NCBI RefSeq assembly: GCF_006345805.1
Contig: NC_043019.1
Coordinates: 26,287,360-26,351,359 of the forward strand
Direction: 5' to 3'
From: Octopus sinensis
Lineage: Eukaryota
Length of the DNA: 64,000 bases
The first letter of the stretch is position 1, and the number at the start of each line of letters is the position of its first letter. Shown here in pieces: positions 10,981 through 23,985 of the stretch. Both the position numbers and the translations under genes were made by a program. A model generated the notes under the pieces. That model made no database searches and was not told the DNA's origin. It was given only the letters and a program-made list of their open reading frames with translations.

Positions 10981-13724
10981 GCAATGTATATGTGCACTAT
11001 GGGCACAATTTCCAGCTATTTAATTTCACTTACAAGATATTGGTCAAGCCCAATACTATAATAGAGGGCACCTGCCATGTTGATACCTGGCAGTGAATCA
11101 AACTGGAACTATGTAGTTTCAGAGTAAACTTAGAATCATGCCTGTTCCTATCTCTGGCTTTAAGTAATTCTGTAGAACACTTCTTCCCCTAACTCAGTAA
11201 AATTAAGCCTTTTGATACAAGCCCACCTGAGACCATCCTTGGTACTACAATACAAACTTGTTTTTAAGTGATCTTAGTTAAAATCTTCCATCAAATTTTC
11301 ATGTTCCAAGCATCAACTTAGTAATTAATTATTTAACTCTTATTTCCAAAATTGATTCAGATAAAGCCAGTGATTTCAACAGAAACAACGAGGCTAAATT
11401 TTTTTTATCTCCTCACCATTATTTTGTCTTCACAAACATGTTTGAGGAATTCATCTAAGACTTGGTTTTAATCTTCCAAAATTAGCAGTAGAAGTAACAG
11501 TTGTGTTAAATATTTGTCCAATTAGCATACGTGACCCGATTACATTATATTTTCCCTACTCCAAGATAACCAGATTCCTTTTTTTTTTTAATGTCCATTT
11601 TCCAAAGTTATAAAAGATTAAGTCTTACATATCCTTTTCCCCCATACATCACTTCTTTCAATTAGGCCACAAACTCTTCAGGACCAACTTGAGTATATTT
11701 TCTCAAATCTTTCTGGTCTCACTGCTTCTCAAAAAGTACTTATCACCGCCAACATTGCACTTTTTCACCCAGCATAAATCAACCACTCACATTAAAATGT
11801 CAGAAACTAATCAGCAACTCTCCTGCAACAACCAACCAATGTCACAGAGAAACAATGCAGTTGTAGACAAAAGAAAGAGATAAAAAAAAGATAAACAATC
11901 AAAAATTTCTTTTAATATTTAACTCTAAAAGTACACCAAATTGCTACAACTACAAAAATACTTTTATTTTTTTAGCCAGTGATTGTTGTATAGTCACGCA
12001 CAAAGCTTTACTGTGTAGAGAAACGGCCTCTAAATACAGATATTAGACCAATTAAAAATTTTATATAGTTACTGCTTGCTGAAATAAATCCAAATTTAAT
12101 GCAATATATACAACACACACACAATGGATTTGAATACATTGAAACAGTCTAACCTACTTTATATATATATATATTTAAATCAATAACTGAAAACTGTTGA
12201 TGTGGCAGAGTGAGTCACAATATCCAAAGTTTACTCCTAGCTCAATGTTGATATGAAAAAAGTTAACAGAGGTAAATAAAGGACATATGTGCTATAACTA
12301 CACTAGACGAGTCTAGTGTACAGAAAGAATGCCTAAAAATGATGATGGCAGCAGCAGCAGCAACAACTTCAACAATTCTGATGTAACCTCAATTAACAAA
12401 GCATTACAGTAGACTAACGTGAGCAGCTGAAGGAATAAAATATTGTAATTAGCAAACAAAACTAAAATAATTGATCAAACTGAAGATTGATTTTATTTAA
12501 GTTACATTTTTATTAAAATATATATTACTACCCAGCCTCTCTCTCTCTCTAGTTCCTGATATTAACTACTTTAATACCCACCCCCATCAAGTGTCTACTT
12601 TGATACTCTCTCCACTACGACCCTCTCATTCATATTTTATCCTCTCTCTCTTCACTTCACCTAGTCATTACACTGTTGTATTCTAGCTCCTTTCAGTCAT
12701 GGAGTCTCTTTAGCAATGCAAATCACTAAGTGCCTACACTGGAGTGATAATACAATAAAAAAAAAAGCCACTCAGTACACTTTATAAAGGGGTTTCCAAA
12801 TCAAGTAACGGCAATACAGGATTGAGAGGAGAACCTGTTTAGTGCTGGTATCATGAAGTCAAGCAATCAATACAGTGGAAAGAGGTTGGCATTAGGAAGA
12901 GTATCCAGCAGTAGAAACCGTCAAACCAAGACATTGGAGCATTAAGTGGGCCTCCAACTTTTCAGATTGTCAAACTATCCAACTCATGCCAGATGGAAAG
13001 CAGATATGAAATTATAATAGACATTTGACTAATTGAATCTCCATCTGAACAGCATTTCTTAATATTTGAATTGTAATTTCAAAGAGTTAATATTTTCACC
13101 AGCATAAATCACTGAATGTAAACCACCATATCTCAAAATAATGGTTTTTGAAACCATTGTTGAGTATTTTATGGCTTCAAATTAACCACAATTTTGTACT
13201 TAAATGTAACTTATTAAAAAACATTTTTTTTTTTTACATTTGCAATTATATAATTAATAGAAGTAATTAAATAATCATAGCTATTTATTTTGTTTTCAAA
13301 GACAACTACAGAAGACTTCTGGAAAGCTGCCAGATTTTATTTTTCTTAAACATTAAAATGTTTCAATATAACAAAGTGTGGAGAGCTTCATATCCAACCT
13401 CTTTGTACTCTCAGTAAAATCCACTAACTAGTAGAAAAAACAAAATTTACCCAAATTAATTCCAATCCAAGTTTTAACATTATATATTACCAAATTTCAC
13501 AGCATGCAAGTTGAATTTTTCAGACCAAAACTTAGAGCAAAAAAAAAAAAAAAAAAAAGACTGACACAGACACCAAGACAACTTTAGGGAACCAACAATT
13601 CCATGTGAAATGCAGCTGGATTTGGAAAGAGAATGACGATGTTTGGAAGCTTAAACTACATACCATACCGACTGGTCTGCCAGAAAATACAGTCTTACAT
13701 ACACTACAACACTATAGTATCTTA

Positions 13725-14060
13725 TATAGTTGTTTCAGTCATTAGACTGTGACCATGCTGGGGTACTGCCTTGAGATTTTAGTCAAGCAAATCAACCCCA
13801 GTAATTGGTCCCTTTTGCCAAACTGCTAAGTTATGGGAGGCATAAAAAATCCCCCAACAGTTGTCAAGAAGTGGTGGGGGAACACACACACACACACACA
13901 TATAATAGGCTTCTTAGAGTTTCCATCTATCGAATCCACCCACAAGGCTTTGGTCAACCCATTGCTATAGAAGACACTGGCTAAAGCTACACAGTGGGAC
14001 AGAACCCGGAACCATGTGGTTCAGAAGCAAATTTCTTATCATATAGCTACATTTATGCCT
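13725..14060 (-). mobile_element. SINE family A, diverged
   Basis: TTGTTTCAGTCATTAGACTGTGACCATGCTGG...ACAGTGGGACAGAACCCGGAACCATGTGG. Confidence 0.85.
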
Positions 14061-14368
14061 ATAGAAACACTACATTAACAAGTAGAAATTACAATCACAA
14101 TTAATAAAGTAAATGATATAAGTACAGAATAATTAAATATGAAACAGAACAACATGGTTCATTAGATATCATGGTTTGAGTCTCATAAGTGGACCCGTTG
14201 ATCTCTGCTGTATTTATAATATCATTTGAAGCATTTTTAAAATGTTTACATTTTAAGTTTAATACACAGAGTAGTTTTTGCCAACTTTGCACCAGCATCT
14301 ATGTCAAAATGGTACATTACAGTCACTAAGAGATTGAGAATTGTGCCAGCTCAAAGCTGACATCACTG

Positions 14369-14399
<31 letters not shown>

Positions 14400-14499
14400 T
14401 GTGTGTGAGTGTGTGTGTGTGTGTGTGTGTGAGTGTGTGTGTTGAACTTTAGCTTTAAATTGTTTTACCCTTTTGTAGCTATATTTATAAAAAAAAAAA

Positions 14500-14687
14500 A
14501 CTACTTGTTTACTTTTGACTATGGCCATGCCGGAAGACTGCCTTTAGTTGAAGAAATCTACCCCAGGACTTATTCTTTGTAAGCCTAGTACTTACTCTAT
14601 CGGTCTCTTGTTGAACTGATAAGTTTCGAGGATGTAAACACACCAACATCGATTGTCAAGCAATGGTGAAGAGCAGACGCAGACAAA

Positions 14688-14720
<33 letters not shown>

Positions 14721-14880
14721 ACACACACACGATGGGCTTCTTTCAGTTTCTGTCTACCAAATTCACTCAAGGCTTTGGTCAAGGCTATAGTAGAAGACAC
14801 TTGCCCAAGACACTACACAGTGGGACTGAACCTGGAACCATGTGGTTGGGAAGAAAGCTTCTTACCACACAGCCATGGTA
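14500..14880 (-). mobile_element. SINE family A
   Basis: Complete body and tRNA-like head ending CTTACCACACAGCCA. Confidence 0.9.
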
Positions 14881-15200
14881 TTTCACTTAATTTTCAAAAT
14901 AATAAAGTCAGAAGGCCACAAATCATTTGCTTAATGAAGGTGGTGTTTAAGACATATGAAATCTCATGATGGTAATCCGTTTGAAAATGCTTGCTAACAT
15001 AACCAATTTTCCTAATCTACCACTGGTTAAGAGTATAGCTCGAGTTAATTTGCTCTTACCTGAACCTTTTAACATTCAAATAGGCTAAATCAGGCGAAAC
15101 TGGCCAGATCCAGCTTATCACACCAACCCTACAATGCCATTCTAAAACTACACAAGCACATCTCTAAACACATATCTCTAAACTACAAGATAATACACGA

Positions 15201-15746
15201 TTAACTCCTTAGCATTTAAACCAGCTAGATCTGGCCCAAATATTCTGTTTTATGTTCAAGCTGGCCAGAATTGACCTCTACCATCTACTTGACAATGACA
15301 TACTAAAAATATACAATCACATCAAAATTTCAAAGCTATGAGATAATGTAGGATTAATTCAAAACAATGTAAATAAAGAGGTGCAGGCGTGGCTGTGTAG
15401 CAAGAAGGTTGCTTCCCAACCACATGGTTCCGGGTTCAGTCCCACAGCATGGCACCTTGGGCAATAGCCTTGGGCCAACCAAAGCTTTGGGAATGGATTT
15501 GGTAGACGGAAATTGTAAGAAGCCTTGTGTGTGTATGTGTGTGTGTGTGTGTCACCCCACCGTTGCTTGGTGTTTATGTCCCCTGTAACTTAGCAGTTCA
15601 GCAAAAGAGACCAACAGAATAAGTACTAGGGTCGATTTACTCGACTAAAGGTGGTGCTCCAGCATGGCTGCAGTCAAATGATTGTAACAAGTAAAAGAAT
15701 AAATAAGCATTATGTTTGACAAGGAAATCTGAATGCTAAAAGGTTA
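15201..15746. mobile_element. piggyBac-type MITE family 1 interrupted by a plus-strand SINE A (about 15380-15705)
   Basis: TTAACTCCTTAGCATTTAAACCAGC...TGCTAAAAGGTTAA around GGTGCAGGCGTGGCTGTG...AAGTAAAAGAAT. Confidence 0.8.
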
Positions 15747-15934
15747 AGGAAGCCTTTGCTAAGACAGCATGTCATTTATAATCAACAAGAAGATGACCAT
15801 GGCAGACATTCCAAATGAAATAATGAATAATGAAAGTAAGATGAGTTAAACGTTCTACATTGCAAATGTAGCAAGGTAACTCTAGCTATTTATCCAACTG
15901 GAATCAGTTGGATAATTGCATAAGCACAGCTATG

Positions 15935-16195
15935 GTTGTGTGGTAGTAAGCTTCCTAACCACACGATCTTAGGTTCATTCCCACAGTATGACACCTTAGG
16001 CAAGTGTCTTCTATAGCCTGGGGCAACCGAAGCCTAACAAGTGGATTTGCTAGAAGAAAATTGAAAGAAGCCCAGTGTGTGTGTGAGTCCTTTACCAATG
16101 TCTGACAGCCATTGTTAGTTTGTTTGTGTCCCTGTGACTTAGACATTAATATGTGTCCCAAAATGGCAGCAGTCAAATGACTGAAATAAGTATTA
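15935..16195 (+). mobile_element. SINE family A, diverged
   Basis: GGTTGTGTGGTAGTAAGCTTCC...CAGTCAAATGACTGAAATAAGT. Confidence 0.8.
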
Positions 16196-18362
16196 AAAAA
16201 AAAAACATGTTAAATATGGTAGATTTATGTTGCACATCAATACCTCAAGTTTTGAGTGAAAGTTTTTAGTTCCTATTATATTTAATCTTTAAGAAACCTT
16301 GGTAAGACCATGCAAATTAGTCCAAATTAGCTTAATCAACACTTGTTCTCAAGCACCCGACTGTAACTACAGCTAAAAGGAACAACTATTTGGTACTTTG
16401 ACTGGCTAAGAAGAGTAGCTAAATTCACTCAAATTCTGCTGTCTTAGAAATTAAAAAAGAACAAATTAGACAGTGTAGTCCTAAAGATATAAAAAGATAT
16501 GAGTGATCATGGCTGAAATGACTAATCCCAGTTATATTTTGATCAGAGTCGACTAAAGGTTAAACATCAACAAAATAGAAATAGTTTTCTAATGTTGAAC
16601 TTTTCCTGGTCTGAAATTCAGAATTTCCTCAGCAATATAAACTATCATGAGAAACAACTTGCAGAATACAAAGAAAGACCATCGATAATTAAAAAGAACA
16701 TTACGCAAAGATAATTAAAATCTCTTACTGTACATGTAATAAAGCACATTAAATTTATAGAGACAAAATGAAGTTTTCCTGATGGAACAAATTCATTTTG
16801 TTCCAATAAGGAAAACTTCAATTCCTGTGTACCGTGTTTGGAATGATTCTAAAAGATTATTAGCACCTAATTAAATTTAATATGCATATACAACCACTCA
16901 CATACACCAAGCATCACAGCAATGTTATTCATGTAACCTTATGGATGGATTTGGTAGAAGGAAACTGAAAGAAGCCCATCGTACATATGTATACGTGTTT
17001 GTCCTTCATTACTCTTTGACAATCAGTGTTGGTTTGTTTATGTCCCCGTAATGTAGCTGACCAACAGAATATTATATAGGCACTATACTAATACATTGGT
17101 TTGTTTGTACTCCACCTGCCTTCGTCTTTTTTATTTTCGTAAACCTTCCTGTTATATATATATATATATATGCTTCCTAAACCTTGATGCTTTTAATGGC
17201 CTGTAGTTAGCTTACTGAACTGAACCAAAGTAAATCACCATTCTCTCAAGAGAACACAAGAAACAATCTCAAGATTTCCTGGAACTTATTTTCCATAGGT
17301 ATACAAACTGAAGTAATGTATAACAAAGCATTAAGTAATAGATTTGAACATAGCCCAAAAGCAAAATAGTCCAATAGCTTGACCATCATTATGGACAAAA
17401 TTTAAGATTTGGATTAACAAAGTCAAGTCCTTGTCATGTTAATCAATGAAGAATTAAATGAACAGCCAAAAGTCACTTATATAGGACAAAGCGACTTAAA
17501 CAATACTAATCTAACCTGTCCAATTCAACCTTTGCTCTAAAAATAAAGGACTATTCTAAAGCATTTTTATTTAGATTAAAACATCATAACTTTGAGCAAG
17601 AATCTTGTTAAATTATGTTCCAAACATCAATGACAAAATTATTTTGTCAAATCCTAATTATCGAAATTAAACGAAAACATATAGGTAGTGTATTTTATAA
17701 GAATTACCATTGCAAAAAGGATTAAATACAGCCACACAGCTGGTATAACAATTAAATTTTTAATTTTCCTTGTTGGCAACAATGCTTTTCAAGACAGCAT
17801 AATCCCAACACCTTCAGATGGGACAAAAATTTGACAGACTGTAGTTTTCTTTAAAAAAGGAATTTAAAAAATAAAAAAACCACCAGCCATATATAAATAC
17901 TAAATATAATCAATGCTTTGCTATTCCCTAAACTATCATACACTGTGACATGTCATTAACATCAACTATTTTTATCTGTTCTCCCTCGTATTTGGCATAG
18001 CTGCTGATTATCCAGAACTTGACATTGATGACTAATGAACCAAAGAACTTTCTCCACTAAGTAAGAAATAGCTTCAATCTCCCAAAGTCAGACCTGACAG
18101 GTTTAAATTGCAATCACTTACAGCAGGTATTTGAATTCTTGGTCTGCAGTGATGCTAAAATTACCAATGTATTTTAACACCTTGTAACAAAATAAATAGA
18201 TAAATAAACTGCTGGAAGTCCAACAGCTTGAACAGCTCAGTATTTTCAAAATTAATACCTAAAGGTTGCATAACTAGGTCCTGTTCATATGCAATAACAC
18301 CCACTAACAATCACACAAAGTCAAAACTAAACCAATATGGGATTTTCAGTGTGGATTGCTCC

Positions 18363-18591
18363 TTAACCCTTTAGCATTTAAACCGGCCATATCCGGCCAA
18401 AAGTATTCTGCCTGTTTTATGTTCAAACTGGCCAGATCTGGTCTCTCACACCAACCCTACAATATCGTTATAAAAATTAATAGCTACCTCATCAAATTCT
18501 CATAGTTACAAGATAATGCATGATTAGTTCAAAACAAAGTGGATGAAAAAGCATTAATTTTGGTAGAATAATGTGAACACTAAAGGGTTAA
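18363..18591. mobile_element. piggyBac-type MITE family 1
   Basis: TTAA|CCCTTTAG...CTAAAGGG|TTAA. Confidence 0.92.
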
Positions 18592-18776
18592 ACTATAAAA
18601 TGTATAAATCACAAACATTCCAGCATACAAGTTGAATATTTTAGACCAAAATTTTTAGCCAAGGAAAGGTAGGTCAACTTATACATCAAGACAACTTTAG
18701 AGGAACACAGCTTCCATGTGAAATGCAGCAGGATTTGAAAAGATAGTGAGGATGCTTGAATTTTTACACTATATAT

Positions 18777-18958
18777 TATAGATACAAATAAGAAAATAAG
18801 CTGAAACATTGGGTAAATCACTCTTATAAAGAGAAAAATTTGTCAACAAATGGCTGTTTGTTGACAAATTTTACCGCTTTGTAAGAATGATTTACCCAAT
18901 GTTTCTGCTATTCTGATAGCATCTCTGCATTCGAAAATAAATCTTATTTGTATCTATA
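18777..18958. mobile_element. Fold-back element with TA ends (Tc1/mariner-type MITE?)
   Basis: Perfect 17-bp inverted ends TATAGATACAAATAAGA / TCTTATTTGTATCTATA plus an internal palindrome with arms of about 55 bp centred near 18853. Confidence 0.7.
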
Positions 18959-19309
18959 TACACATTACAGCGCTTATAAGAAGAAAAAAAACAATGATTT
19001 GTATGCTGGAAAATACGTTAAGCAGATATTTATGTCTACTACACTAGAAGAAGATAATGAAGTAATCCTTTTTTGTGCTTGTATAATTAAGTTTTATCAA
19101 AAGGATAGATAATATAAATAAATGTTCAATATGTCTAAAGATAATCCATATCAATCAATCAATCAATCAGAACACTGTCCATTCTGCCAATGCAGGTGAC
19201 CAATATGTTGAGCAACTCTTAAATACTGTTGCTAGTGGTATAACTTGTACACCACTACCTTCAACATCAGATATCTGCTTTCAGCAAGCTCAAAACCATG
19301 GGGTCATCA

Positions 19310-19715
19310 TACTCTTTTTACTCTTTTACTTGTTTCAGTCATTTGACTGCGGCCATGCTGGAGCACCGCCTTTAGTCGAGCAAATCGACCCCAGGACTTA
19401 TTCTTTGTAAGCCCAGTACTTATTCTATCGGTCTCTTTTGCCGAACCGCTAAGTGACGGGGACGTAAACACACCAGCATCGGTTGTCAAGCAATGCTAGG
19501 GGAACAAACACAGACACAAACACACACATACATATATATATACACATATATACGACAGGCTTCTTTCAGTTTCCGTCTACCAAATCCACTCACAAGGCAT
19601 TGGTCGGCCCAGGGCTATAGCAGAAGACACTTGCCCAAGATGCCACGCAGTGGGACTGAACCCGGAACCATGTGGTTGGTTAGCAAGCTACTTACCACAC
19701 AGCCACTCCTGTGCC
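19310..19715 (-). mobile_element. SINE family A, young full-length copy
   Basis: Near-identical to 39061-39455 and to 58492-58893 (opposite strand). Confidence 0.95.
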
Positions 19716-19835
19716 TCTGCTTTTCTTGGGCTGTCCTTGTTCATTTATTGTATTTTATTAAATTTATTCAATTCTTGAAATCATCCCCTCATTTAATTCT
19801 TAGTTTTCCACTTCATCCATTGAGTTTGGATTCTA

Positions 19836-20438
19836 TGAACCCTTTAACATTCAAATTTCTGGCAAATGTAATGCTTGTTCATTTTTGAATTAATCATGCA
19901 TTATCTCACACCTTCAAGATTTCAGTGAGGTGATTGTATATTTTTTGGATATACATTGTAGGGGCGGTATGAAAGGCTGGATTTGGCCACTCCAAACATA
20001 AAACACATAGAATATTTCTTTTACTCGTTTGTCATTTGACTGCAGCACTGCCTTGAAAGGTTTTAGTTGAAAAAAATTGACCCCAGGACTTCTTTTCTTT
20101 GCAAAACAAAAAAGCTTAGTACTTATTCTATCAGTCTGTTGCTGAACCAGTAAGTTATGGGGACATAAACACACCAACACCAGTTGTCAAGCAGTGATGA
20201 GAGACAAAAACAGACACTAAGACACACAGATATATACATACATACATACGTGTGTGTGTGTGTATACACACACATGGGCTGCTTTCAGTTTCCATTTACC
20301 AATTCCACTCAAGGCTTTGGTCAGTCCAAGACATTAGGAGACACCCAAGGTGCTATGCAGTGGGGATGAACCTGGAACCATGTGGTTGGGAAGCAAGCTT
20401 CTTACTACACAGCCATTAGTTTAAATGCTAAAGAATTA
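19836..20438. mobile_element. MITE family 1 interrupted by a minus-strand SINE A (about 20010-20418)
   Basis: AACCCTTTAACATTCAAAT... and ...AGTTTAAATGCTAAAGAATTAA around a SINE body. Confidence 0.75.
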
Positions 20439-20619
20439 AACCACTTTTTGTTTCAAATTACAGAGTTTATATTAAACATTCAATGCTACACAATAGTATT
20501 TATCAGTCAAATCGACATTGCGCTTTCCACAGCTAGGTAGAACAAGGCAGAAAAAATAAAGCAGTGTTTGTCATTAAAAGGCAGTGTGCCATTGATACAA
20601 CAGGAATCTTAACCACCAT

Positions 20620-20870
20620 CACACTGCTACATGTTTTGCAGACATGTGAGCTGCATGGTGATCCTGCCAGTGTCAGTAGCATGACAAAAAGAATCAGTGC
20701 ACTTTGTAAAGTGATTGGCATTAGGAAGGACATCTAGCCATAGACACCATGCCAAAACAGATAATTGGAGCCTGGTGCAGTCCTTGGACCCATCAGATCC
20801 TGTCAAAACCATCTAACCCATGCCAGCATGGAACATAAATGCCAAATGATGATGATGATGATGATGAGGG
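20620..20870. mobile_element. (GAT)n-tailed SINE-like repeat (family C)
   Basis: GGCATTAGGAAGGACATC...GGAGCCTGGTGCAG...CCCATGCCAGCATGG...(GAT)n. Confidence 0.85.
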
Positions 20871-21269
20871 GACATGAACCATAAACATTTTGATCAGAAA
20901 TCTACACTGATGGTTGCAGCAACTCTCTGAAAGGCATTAGTTATCAGTTTTCTTAGTGAAGAAAGAGGAACCTGTCTTGTTTGCTGAAAGTATCTCACCT
21001 TTCAATCATTTCCAAATAAACTTGCAAAGAAAATCCTGAGAAATAGGACAAATCCTAATAGATAAATTGGTTATCTCATTGTTGAGCAACAGATTCATGT
21101 ATATTGCACTTCATCAAGAATTAAGTCCTAGGATTCACTGAAACATCTGAAAAAGTCATCACTCTAAGGAACTGACTTTCCAAGTCTATCATGGTTTCAT
21201 GTGTTCAATCTCAACAAGTCAGTAATAAAATGTGACCAAGTAATCTTAAGTATTTTGGTATATAAAAAG

Positions 21270-21657
21270 TTAACCCTTTCGTTACTGTATTTATTTTGAG
21301 ATGCTCTGTCCTTCTTTCAATTAATTTGAAATATACTACACTCGCGGAGTGGTTGGCGTTAGGAAGGGCATCCAGCTGTAGAAACACTGCCAGATCAGAC
21401 TGGAGCCTGGTGCAGCCCCTGGCTTCCCAGACCCCAGTCGAACCGTCCAACCCGTGCTAGCACGGAAAACGGACGTTAAACGATGATGATGATGACGATG
21501 ATGATAAAGAATTTAGTAAAATAACTTAGTTATCATTAAGCTAGTGTTAGGAACATAAAATGTGACTAAGGCTTGGAAGATTTTAATTCAAAACTTATGG
21601 TAACAAGACATTTGTAGACAGAGTCAGTTTCAGCTGGGTTGGTAACAAAAGGGTTAA
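21270..21657. mobile_element. piggyBac-type MITE family 2 with nested family C repeat (about 21337-21503)
   Basis: TTAA|CCCTTTCGTTAC...GTAACAAAAGGG|TTAA. Confidence 0.85.
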
Positions 21658-22439
21658 ATATTAACAAATATGAACTCAGAAGACATTGTCCAATGAAGAG
21701 AGATTTCCAATCAATAATATGTACAGCCAAAAGCATTGGCATCTTGCATTTTCAAGATTTTAGACTAACAGACAACTTGTTTCTCAGTAGAGTGCACTGG
21801 TGCCATACAAAATAGAACATCCTTTCAAGGACACAACATACTGCCCATTCCAGGGACTGAACCCATGAACTGACAACTGAGTTCAATAGTTAACCTCCAA
21901 GGCCAGGTGGACTTCAGCATGCCAGATAAAATAACAGCATCTCTTCCAGCTTTGCATTCCGAGTTCAAACTCCAAGGTCAACTTTGCTTTCATCCTTTCG
22001 AGATTGATAAAAATAAATACAGGACAATGTAATCAAATTTCCCTCCCACCCCTCAAAATTGCTGGCCTTGTGTCAAAACTAGAAATATGAACTGAGTCTA
22101 TGAAGACTCAATTCATATTTACTGACAACAACAGAATGTGACATTCTAAAACATACTAAATACTGACCAATGGACCAAGCCATAGTCAACACTATCATCA
22201 CTTCCTCTTTTGTCAAAGTTTCTGTCCCTAATCTCTACACAGCCACAGATCAGCTTTCCCCATACAGGGGTATCAGTTTTAAACTGATTTTAAATGTGTA
22301 TATATTTGAATACACACACATATACAAAAATATATAGACGCAAGTTAGAGTAGACCATCCTCCATAGAAACTCTCCTTCCTGCTGTTCTTCATTGCAGGC
22401 AAGCTGTAGCAACATGCCATCATTTAAGTTGACGGAGAC

Positions 22440-23600
22440 GATGTACATGAAGGCTATCCAACATCCACAAAAGGCTGCAGGTTATTTAAGGTGACACCAT
22501 TGACAAGAATAATGTGTACAGATAAATAAAGAAGTTTAAAGAAGGAGAAACCAACATTGAAAACAAACCATGCAGTGGGAGACCAACAACTGTGACCTCT
22601 GACACAAATCGCCAGCGAGAGGGAAAATTGATTCATGCAGATAGACAAGTCACAAACTTCAAGTTTGATGTGCGCTGCTACAACCTGACTGTGTTGACAA
22701 TGCTATACAGAAGATGGAAGACTTAACCCTTTACTGTTCACATTATTCTGCCAAAATGAATGCTTTTTTATCCACATTGTTTTGAACTAATCATGCATTA
22801 TCTTGTAGCTATGAGATTTTGATGAGGTAGCTGTTAAATTTTAAAACGATATTGTAGAGTTGGTGTGAGAGACCAGATCCGGCCAGTTTGAACATAAAAC
22901 AAGTAGAATACTTTTGGCCGGATATGGCCGGTTTAAGTGCTAAAGGGTCAAGGCACCAGAAAGCATGTGCAAAGCAGATACCTCAAAAGTTAACACCTGA
23001 TTTAAAGAAGATATGGGTTGATGCCAGCTCCAGTTTGCTGATCTAGTGACAAGGGGTGGTACATGGGCAAGTACATATGATGTGGAAATGAAGGCTCAAT
23101 TCATGGAATGGTGCTATATCTTTTCTCCAATACCTAAGAAGTTCAAGAGTCAACAAGTGGCATAGAAACTCATGATGAATTGGGAGAGGGGGTGGGGGAT
23201 AACAAAAGTGGTTTCTTCTGATTTTCTGGAAAGCAGCTAGACAATGAACAGAGAGGGAGAAGCCATTATGAAGAAGGGACCAGATGAGACATTTAAAAAT
23301 GATCCATATGCACAATGACACAACCACACACCTCTTTGCCAACAAATTAGGTGATTAGTACACTGGGCTGATCAGTGATTATTCATCTGGAATCTTGTGC
23401 CCCCACAACTTTCATTTGTTTGGGCCATGGAAGGACATTCTTTGGAGACAAAAGAGCTAATGACAGATGAGGTGAAAGTAACTACAAAGATGTGCATACA
23501 ATAGAGTGCACCTAAACTTTTCCAAAGAGGTTTTAAGAGTTGGGTTCAACAATAGCACAAATGCACAATGTGGTGTAGCACCTTTGTATGAAGGAAGAGT
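22440..23600 (+). mobile_element. Decayed mariner transposase, interrupted by a TTAA MITE at 22723-22951
   Basis: IHKRLQVI...KKFKEGETNIENKPCSGRPTT (HTH region), KQIPQKLT (WVPH.LT), LVTRGGTWASTYDVEMKAQFMEW...SPIPKKFK (VTGDETW motif), FHLFGPWK; stops and frameshifts. Confidence 0.88.
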
Positions 23601-23789
23601 TATGCATATCAAATGAAATTCGAATAACCTATGTCAATGGATAAAAGAAAAATTGTGTATGCATCAACAAGCACCCAAAAACACACACATATATATACAT
23701 CTATACTCGTTACATATTTATATGTAATTATATTTACAAATGAGCATGTGCGTATGTATCAATATATGTATGCACATATCTATTCCTGA

Positions 23790-23985
23790 TGTGCACCAAT
23801 GTTATCTAAGGGAAAGGCAAAGGGTGATACAGCTTGGTACCAGTAATGCCGCAACTCATTTCTTGTGTCTTGCTCAAGGGCAACACACAACCCAGACCAG
23901 GAATTGAACTCATTACCTCATGATTGTGAGCCTGATGCTCTAACCACCAAGCCATGCACCCTCACATTGAAATATGTACATAGAT
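23790..23985 (-). mobile_element. tRNA-headed SINE fragment (CORE-like)
   Basis: TCTTGCTCAAGGGCAACAC...GAATTGAACTC...CTCTAACCACCAAGCCATGC reads as a tRNA A/B-box head on minus. Confidence 0.6.

Noticed and set aside
21090-21165. C/D snoRNA on minus (GTGATGA start) or miR-92-like TATTGCACT on plus
   Set aside because: No terminal CTGA D box; only the seed matches miR-92 and there is no hairpin.
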